DNA of 64,000 nucleotides. It comes from Cyanophora paradoxa CCMP329 (Eukaryota > Plantae > Glaucophyta). Positions 54,738 to 64,000 of this stretch are shown here, piece after piece (within the stretch, counting starts at the first letter, position 1; each line of letters starts with the position of its first letter). Made by a program: the position numbers and the translations under genes. Location of the stretch: NCBI GenBank assembly GCA_004431415.1, contig QPMI01000563.1, forward strand, positions 124,001-188,000. The letters run 5' to 3'. The notes under the pieces are model-generated. The model ran no database searches, was not told the DNA's origin, and worked only from the letters and a program-made list of their open reading frames with translations.

Positions 54738-55589
54738 ATGGCTGAGCAACCCCCACTTGAACGAATTATTACACCTCAACTATCATTAGCTGCCCCAGCA
54801 AACCATGTTTTACAGCATGCTACCTTTGATGATGTAGAGGGTCTCCAATCAACAGAGGTCCAACCTACAATGAACACCTTTGGTTCCACCCACAAGCTGA
54901 GATTACAGGAACTCAGATGTGATAAAAATAATGGAATAGTTAAGACAACTAAGCTACTTGTCACAAATGCAAACTTTTCTGCTCATTATGGAGACCCAGA
55001 TAGCTATGGAGATCCTCTGTCTACTTATTCTTTTGAATCTAGGTCGGGAGCTATTAACTGCAAATCGGGGGGAGCTTATATTGGTGATGGTCTTCGGGTT
55101 GGTGGGGCTGTTGGAGCGCCTTTATTTGTGAATGATCAACCCAATCCCATTGATCCTAACACCAGAATTCGAACCTATGTCCCCAGCATGAATGCCCCAT
55201 ACATTATCAAGATATTCCCAATTGTTGTGAATGAACAAACAGCAGTAGTAGACTCTCTTGTTGAAATTGGTGACCACTACAAGGTAGTTGTGGATATCCC
55301 ACCAGATGTTTATGCTCTTTGTCAAGTAGAGGGTGGAACTCCTAATTTTGCAGTTGTGATCACCCCATATGATAATTTTGGTATTGCTTATCATGGAGTC
55401 AATTTCGGTTTGGAAGACTATCAGTTTCTGGTTAGAGCCACCAAGTTTGGTATCTACAAGTGTGTATTATATGCTGAGAGAACCGATTTTATTGCAAGGC
55501 AGAATACCTATGCTGAGTATTATGGCACAAATCGATATTTCCCCATTTTGGGCAGGATACTGCTCCATAAGAATATTGGTTATATATAG
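54738..55589 (+). CDS. Fibre paralogue D
   Basis: Shared N-terminal domain (RLQELRCDKNNGIVKTT...CKSGGAYIG); C-terminal domain related to paralogue C (YDNFG...GIYKCVLYAERTD). Confidence 0.65.
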   Translation: MAEQPPLERIITPQLSLAAPANHVLQHATFDDVEGLQSTEVQPTMNTFGSTHKLRLQELRCDKNNGIVKTTKLLVTNANFSAHYGDPDSYGDPLSTYSFESRSGAINCKSGGAYIGDGLRVGGAVGAPLFVNDQPNPIDPNTRIRTYVPSMNAPYIIKIFPIVVNEQTAVVDSLVEIGDHYKVVVDIPPDVYALCQVEGGTPNFAVVITPYDNFGIAYHGVNFGLEDYQFLVRATKFGIYKCVLYAERTDFIARQNTYAEYYGTNRYFPILGRILLHKNIGYI

Positions 55590-55592
55590 AGT

Positions 55593-55865
55593 ATGGATAG
55601 TAAAACAAAAAAGTTTATTGATGCTGCTATGACAGTTCATGGTAAAGATAAATTCGATTACAGTGAGACACATTACATCAAAGCTCAAGAGAAAGTATCT
55701 GTTAGATGTTTGCAGTGTAACAAGGTGATCCTTACATATCCCTTTAATCATGTGAAGGGATCAGGTTGTAGGGAATGCAACAAAAAGCATTCTCAGGCTT
55801 ACAGGAAAAGGGCTACTTCATCAATCAAAGTAGAGTACAGGGATATTTGCATTAGGTTCGATTAG
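55593..55865 (+). CDS. Small zinc-ribbon protein (DUF723-like module otherwise found in viral endonucleases)
   Basis: FIDAA..VHG.DKFDYS...Y...KVSVRCLQC...PFNHVKGSGCREC. Confidence 0.7.
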   Translation: MDSKTKKFIDAAMTVHGKDKFDYSETHYIKAQEKVSVRCLQCNKVILTYPFNHVKGSGCRECNKKHSQAYRKRATSSIKVEYRDICIRFD

Positions 55866-55894
55866 GATTAATTAATTTTTCTAAGGTATTCTTA

Positions 55895-56293
55895 ATGGAG
55901 ACTAAATACAGAGGCTTTCATGTAATGCTTGATTACAAGGCTAAAACAGCTATAGCAACAGGTTATGAGCATGTTAGCTTTCTTGGTAATTGGATTATGA
56001 GAACCCTTGAACAAGCAATATTGAGACAAGGTATTAGGATTGTTCATAAACACTGTGAGATATTTGATGGGAAACTATCACCTCCTGGTTTTGCATTGGT
56101 TCTGCTATTAGATGAAAGCCATTGTACAGCTCATTGTTATTCCAATGAAGGCATGTTAGCAATTGATATATTCAGTTGTGGTAAAGAAGCTCAGCATAAA
56201 ACACAAGCAGTAGCAGATGAGATCGATAAAACAATGAATTTCCTCACATTTGAGAAGACTGAGAGACATAAACATGATAGATTCCCGTTTTGA
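55895..56293 (+). CDS. speD: S-adenosylmethionine decarboxylase proenzyme (short prokaryotic-type class)
   Basis: GFHVMLD...PPGFALVLLLDESHCTAHCYSNEGMLAIDIFSCG, with the intact E/SH pyruvoyl self-cleavage site. Confidence 0.88.
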   Translation: METKYRGFHVMLDYKAKTAIATGYEHVSFLGNWIMRTLEQAILRQGIRIVHKHCEIFDGKLSPPGFALVLLLDESHCTAHCYSNEGMLAIDIFSCGKEAQHKTQAVADEIDKTMNFLTFEKTERHKHDRFPF

Positions 56294-56529
56294 TGAGTTT
56301 CTATAATGATGATCAGGGTGATTTACCTTTTTTATTACAATAGCTTTCTACAATGATTATTTTCCGGATTCCGGTCATTCTTTACGATAGAAATTCTACT
56401 GTATGATGTAGCCGAAATATGAATGCACCCTACATTAAGCAATGTCAAGTATTTCGAATACTATTCGATTTCATTACAGTAAAACTCAACATTCCCCTTG
56501 ATTCCCCCTATTATATTATATTTATATTT

Positions 56530-57544
56530 AAGTGGACTCAAGGTTGACTCATATTAATCGTAAAAGTAGTAATAGTATATGGATTTTGTTACGAATTCAA
56601 TGCAAGGGTTGACTAAGTGGGTTGAGTTGACTCAAATTTCACAGGAAATATTTGGGACCTAAAGTTTTCTAAAAAGGATTTCAAAAAATGTGTCAACTCC
56701 CCCCACTTAGTCAACCCTGACCATAAACAGTAAGGATTTGAGCTAACATGTATCACAAAGTGAACATATTGAGTCCACTCCACTTAGAAGATCCACTTTT
56801 GAAATCCAAGTTGATTTTGCTTGAAATTTCAAAGTTGATCTAAAAGTGAGTCCACCCTGATTGATTATGGTAACAAAGTTGAATAAGTTGACTAAGTTGA
56901 GTCATCTAAAGAAATTCAAGGAGACTAAGAGTTCAAAATGTTTATGAAAAGTGAGTCAACTTAGACCACTTATGGTAACAAAATTAAATATTAAATTGAT
57001 TTAATTGGAAAAGAACATGATTTAATCGTATTTATTGATATAATTCCGATTAGATTCATTTAGGATTCAATTAAGATCAATCGAAGTTATTGATATAATT
57101 CCGATTAACTACAATTAAGATACAATATCGATTAATCGAGTTTATCGATATAACATCGATTAAATTAATTGAAAATGCATATAAAAACATGAAAATTCAT
57201 GTGAAAATTCAAATAAATTAATCGATTTTATTGATATAACATCGAATCACACATATGAATATTCATATTTTAATCCTGAGGCGGAACGCCGAGGGATTAA
57301 AATATGAATATTCATATGTGTGTGACGCGGCACTGATGCATCGCCCGGCCGCGCCGGCGCCGGCGCCGGCGCCGCCGGCGCCCACAGCTCGTTTTTTGTT
57401 TTGGTGAATTGGTGAAAATTCATGTGAAAATTCAAATAAATTAATCGATTTTATTGATATAACATCGAATCACACATATGAATATTCATATTTTAATCCT
57501 GAGGCGGAACGCCGAGGGATTAAAATATGAATATTCATATGTGT
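56530..57544 (-). repeat. Right TIR (56530-57321), inverted copy of the left host flank (57322-57410) and duplicated TIR tip (57413-57544)
   Basis: 57322-57410 is the reverse complement of 29959-30047, and 57413-57544 repeats 57190-57321. Confidence 0.9.
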
Positions 57545-58756
57545 CGTCACTGCCGTCACTAGGTCCCGGGTCCGAGTCGATCTCGAGTCGAGACTCGAGA
57601 GTCGAGAATCGCACTGTCAGTGTGACAAGATCATGAGCGCTAGCTCGAGCTCGAGCCTGTCACAAAACTTGAAATCCAGGACGTGGACAGGATTGATCGG
57701 ATAAACCGTACCGTATATATATATATACGTATACGTAACGGTACGTTGAACGTGCGGCTCATAATCAGCGCTAGCGGCCGCGGCTGCCATGCCCATGGCC
57801 AGCAGCTGCAGTCTGCATGCGCATGCGCACTGCGCAGGCCTAGGCCTAGGCTAGCGCTGCAGCCTGCAGCTGCGCACCTATAGCTAGGCTCCGAGCCCGC
57901 GCGGAGGCACAAATTATAAATCACCGCGCCATAAATTACCGCGTCATAAAACCCGGCCCGCGCCATCATGGCATGCGCATGCGCATCTAGCTACTAGGCT
58001 AGAAGCCTTGAAGAAAATACCGCGGTACCAAATTACCGCGTTATAGAACTTTGATGCTTGTATCGGGAACTTTGAATTTGAGGGGTACTGTATGTGGCGA
58101 CTTCGCAGGAGAGAATTGCCGGGCGCCGCGGTACGTACGCCGGTAAACCAAATTATTTTTAATTGCCGCGTTAATGCAAGATTTCGGCGGAACCGGTAAT
58201 TAAGTGGGCGCGGCCCGGTAATTAAGTGGGCGCAGCCCTATCATTAGTATACCGACCGGTATAGTACGTACGTACCGTGCAACAGGAAAATACTGGACGC
58301 TGATAATTAGTGGACCGAAATCTTGCTTACTAATTTAATTTCGGGCTCCACTAGTAGGACCACTACTAGAATTTCGAATTCCCGGCCCTAGCTAAGGCTA
58401 GCTTATGGGAAGCGGCCTCATGCTGTACCCCCCTTTTTTTTGCAAAAGTGGACGTCGCATTGATACACCACGGCACATGTATCAATGTTCTACGTGACGT
58501 GCCCTTCCGACCGGTCATCTATCTAGCCGATGGTGCTAGCTAGGTGCCGGCCATGGGTCGCTCAGTATGGGAGGTTCGCCTGAGTGGGGGAGCCATGGTT
58601 TTCGGTGATAGCCGTAACCAGACCCACGCGCCCACCCCTTGATCAACTCCTCCATCCCTCATGAGCCCTGGAAGTGAGATGTCTCGCAGTCCGCCGCCCT
58701 CCCTTGCCGCCGCTCCGCCACGCCTCCTCCTCCCCACTCCGCCTCCTCCCTCCTCC

Positions 58757-59758
58757 TCACCTGCGCCCCAGGACCCCGATTAATCGGTGTCCCGTTTTGT
58801 CGAGGTGAAGAAGGTGGTAGGAGGAAGATATGAGGAAGGAGAGGGAGTGGGCGGAGGCAGCAGCTTGGGGCGGGCAGCGGATGCGGGGCAAGGCAGGGAG
58901 AGGTGCCGGGACGGCAGAGTGTAGAGAGCGTGGGCACTGACAGGCGACGCAGAGAGCTGGGAGTGCGGAGACGAGGCGGGCCGCGAGGGGTCGGGAGGGG
59001 TCGACCGGGTTAGAGGGGGGGGCCGAGGCCAGGGGGGTGGCCGAAGCCATGGGGTTGGTCGAAGCCAGGGGAGTGGCCGAAGCCGATGGGGTGGCCGAAG
59101 CCAAAGAGGGGGCCGAGGCCATTGGGGGGGCCGAAGCCATAGGGGTGGCCGGAGCCAGCGGGGGGTCTGACACTGGAGGGCCGGTTGGGGCCGGGGGGGA
59201 GACCGTAGGGGGCCGAGGGGCAGCGTCGTGCGAGGTCCCGAGCGGGGGGGTCAGCTGGAGCGAGGGGGGGGAGGGGGAGTTGGCTGCTTGCAGCGTCGTA
59301 AGTGGTTTGTACACTCCGGGTGCAAAGAGGGATGTGATTGTGGGTTGCCCCGTGGGTATCGGCACCGTTCGCGCTTTTTTGGTCATGCGCCTGGGAGTCT
59401 TGCGGCCGGTTGCCTTTCTTTTCGCCGTAGGTACGGGCGGGGCGGGTGTAGAGGCGGGAGGGGGAGGGGTCGAGGGGCGCGGGCATTTGGGTGCCGGGGC
59501 AGAGGGGGTATCGGCTGTCCGTTTACGTGAGGCAGGCGACGGGCGTGTTCGTTTCGGGGGAGGGGCCAGGGGGGGCCCCGGAGCGGGGCGTTTGGAAGGT
59601 TGGGTAGTGTTCGTAGGACCCGCGGGCGAAGCGGGCAGGATGCCAGTGTCGGAGTTCTCGTGTGACTGTCGTGCTGGGGGTACCGCAGGTGGGGAGGCAG
59701 GGCAGGAGGTGATCTCAGGGCGGGCGGGGCATTTTCCCCGTCTGGCGTCGGAGTGGGC
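58757..59758 (-). pseudogene. Pro/Ala-rich ORF fragment truncated by element 2 (possibly part of another transposable element)
   Basis: The open frame runs up to the element 2 junction. It contains 18-bp tandem repeats (ASATPL/ASAPPM) at about 59020-59160. Confidence 0.3.
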
Positions 59759-59853
59759 ACACATATTGAAAAACGAATTTAAATCCCTCGTTCATCTCGA
59801 TCGCTTCGCGATCTCGATTCACTCTGGATTTAAATTCGTTTTTCAATATGTGT
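59759..59853. repeat. Terminal hairpin of element 2 (28-bp perfect arms)
   Basis: acacatattgaaaaacgaatttaaatcc ... ggatttaaattcgtttttcaatatgtgt. Confidence 0.9.
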
Positions 59854-60464
59854 TAATTTAATACTAAAATACATATTTTTCGATTAATTTCTTAAACTTT
59901 TTATGCAAACTTTGTATAAAATAATGCAAACTTTGTATTAAAAATGAAAACGCGTTTACCAAAATGCATATTTTCGATTAAACTTCGATAGATTCAATTG
60001 ATCTTATATCGATTGATTATGTACTTTGTTGTTTACATACAAATCTGCGATAGATTAACATTAAACTGCTTAAAGATCGATATAATTGCGATTAAATTGC
60101 ATAAATTCGCATAAACTCGATATAACTCTCATGTATTGAAGTAGACCACCGCCCATTCTGTATCGAAAAACGCAAAAAGTGTCACAGAGTTGCATTGTGT
60201 CCAATTGAACAATCGATGAGATTGCTGATGTACATTTTTGCACCGAAAAAGTGTCACAGAGTTGCATTATCTCCCATTAAACAATCGATTAGATTGCGGG
60301 ATTTTCTATTGGAATATATCGGAACTGCATTATGTCCAATTAAACAATCGATGAGATTGCGGATTTATATTTTAGATCGAAAAAGTGTCACAGAGTTGCA
60401 TGGTCTCCAATTGAACAATCGATTAGATTGCATATGTTCTATAAAACAGAATAATTGAATTCAA

Positions 60465-60960
60465 GTGTGACAGGTAGTATTCAAATGATATTCAGTAATA
60501 GATATATTTGTTTTTGAGAAAGTCAGTAAGAGGGGTAGAATGTCTGTGACAGGTGTGACAGGTGTGACAGGTGTTTTCAGAAGTCTGTCATTTTTGAAAA
60601 ATTTAGAAAGTTTGAAAATAGGTGTCACACCTGTCACACCTGTCACACTCAATTAAACTACCTGTCACACCTGGTCTCCTTACCATTTTCAGTAAGACAG
60701 AAAGGTATTCATGAAATCGACTATTGTTGGGTGGATTTTGAAGGTGTCACACCTGTCACATAGACTGTTTTCAGTAAGACAACAATAAATTCTTGAATAT
60801 CTCAGTAAGAAATAGAGTCTTTTGTTAATTGGGTGTGACGGGTGTGACAGGTGTGACAGGTGTTTTCAGAAGTCTGTAATTTGTGAGAATTTTAAAAAGT
60901 TTGAAAATAGGTGTCACACCTGTCACAGGCGTCACAGTCAATTAAATAGGTGTCACACCC
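60465..60960. repeat. Iteron-like 9-bp repeats GGTGTGACA/TGTCACACC in two inverted cassettes around AT-rich spacers
   Basis: Cassettes at about 60545-60648 and 60832-60936. Related gtgtcacagagttgcat repeats occur at about 60179-60401. Confidence 0.85.
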
Positions 60961-61016
60961 GATTATCTGACCATTTTCAGTAAGACCATCTGAAATTCTG
61001 AATTTCTCAGTGTCAA

Positions 61017-61418
61017 CTAACTCGGAAATCGCAATACTCTATGTTTCTCCGATTTCTCCAACCCTGAAAACACACCTGTTATTCTCTCATCTATCTCATG
61101 AGATACTCTCGTGGTTTTTCTCTCTGCTTCTAATCCACAACTGAATATATCAATCGCCAGCATACCTTCATTTGAGTAACAATGAGCAGTGCAGTGGCTC
61201 TCATCCAGCAGAAGAACCATTGCAAAACCAGGAGGAGAAATACCACCATCGAAAATCTCGCAATGCTTGTGAACTACTCGAATACCTTGCTCTTGAATAA
61301 TAGTTTGTAAGAACTGCATTAACCACCTGGTCGTTGTCTCCAAGTCTTCCACTCCTACTGCTAATTGGGTTCTGAATTTGTAATCCAGCATCACATGGAA
61401 GCCTCGATGAGTATTCAT
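61017..61418 (-). CDS. speD: S-adenosylmethionine decarboxylase proenzyme (element 2)
   Basis: PPGFAMVLLLDESHCTAHCYSNEGMLAIDIFSCG. Confidence 0.88.
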   Translation of the reverse strand: MNTHRGFHVMLDYKFRTQLAVGVEDLETTTRWLMQFLQTIIQEQGIRVVHKHCEIFDGGISPPGFAMVLLLDESHCTAHCYSNEGMLAIDIFSCGLEAERKTTRVSHEIDERITGVFSGLEKSEKHRVLRFPS

Positions 61419-61458
61419 TTATGAATAATTTAGAAAAATTAAAAACGCGATTGGTAGA

Positions 61459-61608
61459 ATGCGAACCATCTTAGCAAGAGTGCTACCTTATGAGTTGGTG
61501 GATATCATTCTGCTGCACTACCACAAGACCTGTCCAAACTGCTTTGACACATGCATAATCACAAAGGGAAAATGGGGAAAGATCCTCATTTCTCTCTCAA
61601 AGATCTAA
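61459..61608 (+). CDS. 49-aa ORF with F-box-like motif and CxxC, present only in element 2
   Basis: MRTILARVLPYELVDIILLHYHKTCPNCFDTC...; too short to appear in the ORF track. Confidence 0.3.
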   Translation: MRTILARVLPYELVDIILLHYHKTCPNCFDTCIITKGKWGKILISLSKI

Positions 61609-61877
61609 TCAAAGTACAGTACCACTGGTTTATCATCTATCACAATTCCTGATGTAGTCTTTTTTCTGTAAGCATGAGAGGATTTCTTGTTGCACTCTCT
61701 GCATCCACTTCCCCTTACATGATTAAATGGGTAGGTTTGGAGGATCTTGTTGCATTTAAGGCATCTAACAGAGACCTTCTCTTGTGCTTTCTTATACACT
61801 GTCTCACTATAATCGAATTTAGCATCACCATGAACCATCATTGCAGATTCTATGAATTTCTTTGTTTTATCATCCAT
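61605..61877 (-). CDS. Zinc-ribbon (DUF723-like) protein (element 2)
   Basis: Colinear homologue of 55593..55865. Confidence 0.7.
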   Translation of the reverse strand: MDDKTKKFIESAMMVHGDAKFDYSETVYKKAQEKVSVRCLKCNKILQTYPFNHVRGSGCRECNKKSSHAYRKKTTSGIVIDDKPVVLYFD

Positions 61878-61883
61878 TCCTCT

Positions 61884-62727
61884 CTATATATACCTGAGAT
61901 TTCTATGGAGCAGTATCCTGCCCAAAATGGGGAAGTATCGATTTGTGCCGTAATATTCTGCATATGTATTCTGTCTTGCAATAGCATCGGTTCTCTCAGC
62001 ATAGAGAATGCATTTGTAGATACCAAATCTGGTGGCTCTCACCAAAAACTGGTAATCTTCAAGACCGAAATTCACTCCATGATAAGCAATCCGAAATTGT
62101 CATATGGAGTGATTACAACTGCAATATTTGGGGTTCCACCCTCTACTTGACAGACAGCATAAACATCTGGTGGAATATCCACGACCACCTTGTAGTGGTC
62201 ACCAATCTCAACAAGAGAATCAACTACTGATGTCTGCTCATTCACAACAATTGGGAAGATCTTGATAATATATGGTGCATTCATACTGGGGACATAGGTG
62301 CGAATTCTGGTGTTGGGATCAATGGGATTGGGTTGATCATTTACGAAAAGAGGCGCACCAACAGCTCCACCAATCCGAAGACCATCACCAATATATGCTC
62401 CCCCGTTTTGCAGTTAATAGCTCCCGACCGAGATTCAAAAGAATAAGTAGAAAGAGGATCACCATAACTGTCTGGGTCTCCATAATGGGCAGAAAAGTTC
62501 GCATTTGTCACAAGGAGTTTCGTTGTCTTAACTATACCATTATTTTTATCACATCTGAGTTCCTGCAATCTCAGTTTATGGGTGGAACCAAAGGTATTCA
62601 TTGTAGGTTGTACTTCTGTGGATTGGAGACCTTCTACATCATCAAAAGTAGCATGCTGCAAAACGTGATTTGCAGGTGCTGCTAATGAGAGTTGGGGTGT
62701 AATAATTCGCTCTACTGGGGCAGCCAT
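61884..62727 (-). CDS. Fibre paralogue D (element 2; frameshifted)
   Basis: Three ORF fragments are nearly identical in protein sequence to 54738..55589. Confidence 0.7.
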
Positions 62728-62728
62728 T

Positions 62729-63594
62729 TTACATTAAAGTAATATATAATTTATGGGGTTGGGTATCAATCACATCTGGTTCCTGGTAAAACCCTGTTTG
62801 AGAAAGAGTATCAGGAGTAACACCTCTTAGAGCTGAGACAGCAGCTATATCTGTTCTGATACCCATAACTGTAATTGTATATTTTCCAATATCTGTAACA
62901 AACAGATCATAGGTGAAATTGTTATTATAAACACAGAACCCTGTGCCGAAATGATCATATCCTTGAACACTGAAATTGTATCTGTGACCTGGCTGGTTAT
63001 TGTTGGCTCTACATAAAGAAAGCATTGCAGAAGGAATGACCAGCCCTCTCATTACTCTTTTGGTTCCTTCAATCAATTCAGAGTTTTCAAGTGTGACAGT
63101 ATAACCTTGGTAAAATTGAATAATTGGCTGTTGTGCAACTGGTATATATAATCGAATTCGTTGTGGGTCTTCAACATTCTGTTCAAGAGTATCTGGGACA
63201 TCATTGTATGCAATTGATGAGGAGAGTTGACCTGAAACTCTGCAACCACCACCAATAAATGCTCCACCTGATCTCACAGTTACAGCAGCAGAATTCTTGT
63301 CAAAATCGAGGGCTTTCAGGTCTACACTGTAAGCATCAGGACCTCCATTAGTGGGTTGGAAGAAGTTCGCATTTGAGACAAGGAGTCGAGTTGTTTTAAC
63401 CACACCCGAATTCTTGTCTGCTCTCAGTTCTTTAACTCGAATAATCGAATTCTTATCAAAAGAGTTACCATTGGAATTGGGTCTCTCTGTGGATTCTAAA
63501 CCACGAACCTCATCATTAACTTCATGCTGGCGAAAGTGCATAGCAGGGATCCAAGGGAATATATTGGAAGTTGAACTCGATTATATTCACCCAT
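62729..63594 (-). CDS. Fibre paralogue C (element 2; frameshifted near both ends)
   Basis: Nearly identical to 53869..54714. Confidence 0.7.
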
Positions 63595-63632
63595 TGCTTC
63601 TTTTACTAAGAAGGAAAGAAAAATAATGTACA

Positions 63633-63895
63633 CTACTCTTCTGTGACATTGTTATACTCGATCCTTTCTTTACAGTTCCCCTTTGGAATGCCTGTAATAC
63701 AATCGCTTCCTTTGAGGTTGGTATCTGAACTCCTGATGAGATGCAAGATTGGATCTCTTTCTGAACAATCTCATCAATTGCGATTCTTGCCCTGTTGTGG
63801 GCAGCATTATCAATCCAGTCCTGAACAGAAGCAGCGCAATATTCCATTCCCAACTTTTCGGTATCAGTCAGAACTACTTGGTATATATTCGACAT
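63633..63895 (-). CDS. Small phage-like fibre partner (element 2)
   Basis: Matches 53567..53830 apart from a 1-bp deletion and a substitution near the 3' end. Confidence 0.65.
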
Positions 63896-63914
63896 TCTAA
63901 ACTACTTGTAGAAA

Positions 63915-64000
63915 TTAAATTATGCTCAGCAATTCGCCACTAAACGTTGTGAATTCTGAAATGGAAGTATCAACAGCATAAATAGAGACATTATCCCCGG
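63915..64000 (-). CDS. 3' end of C1q fibre paralogue B (element 2, partial)
   Basis: Reverse complement of about 53462-53547. Confidence 0.8.
   Translation of the reverse strand, partial: GDNVSIYAVDTSISEFTTFSGELLSII

Larger units (their letters stand above)
30048..57544. mobile_element. Complete endogenous Polinton-like virus / Maverick-type element (element 1, about 27.5 kb)
   Basis: Abrupt switch to AT-rich, intron-less DNA. Ends 5'-ACACATATG...CATATGTGT-3' are flanked by the direct repeat CGTCAC. Long TIRs, plus integrase, pPolB, ATPase and capsid genes. Confidence 0.95.
59759..64000 (-). mobile_element. Second endogenous Polinton-like virus (element 2), inverted relative to element 1, partial
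   Basis: Starts with ACACAT and a terminal hairpin, followed by AT-rich TIR-like DNA and then homologues of the right-arm genes of element 1 in the same order. Confidence 0.92.

Noticed and set aside
60461-60652. ORF with VTGVTGVT/PVTPVTPVT repeats
   Set aside because: This is simply the translation of the 9-bp iteron-like DNA repeats within the terminus.

Overview
Eukaryotic (protist-type) genomic window in two parts. Positions 1-29.9 kb are very GC-rich host DNA with many short GT-AG and GC-AG introns. They encode two F-box proteins, a SARM1-like TIR/coiled-coil protein, PNPO (pdxH), a large hypothetical protein, a Dicer-type helicase with a C-terminal dsRBD but no visible PAZ/RNase III, a GPI-type surface protein and an acetyl-CoA hydrolase/CoA-transferase. 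Positions 30048-57544 are a complete, AT-rich, intron-less endogenous Polinton-like virus (about 27.5 kb) with ~0.8 kb TIRs, terminal hairpins and a 6-bp TSD (CGTCAC). It carries an rve integrase, protein-primed PolB with an apparently eroded exonuclease, GIY-YIG nuclease, AEP primase-SF3 helicase, packaging ATPase, major capsid and two minor capsid proteins. It also carries a patatin phospholipase, a bacteriophage-like tail-fibre module (HxH-repeat fibre, four fibre paralogues including two C1q proteins, and a small phage-like partner) and an S-adenosylmethionine decarboxylase. A second, inverted sibling element starts at 59759 and runs off the window. It shares nearly identical fibre genes but has a different terminus with different iteron-like repeats. 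All calls come from motif recognition by eye; no searches were run, and host exon boundaries are approximate.
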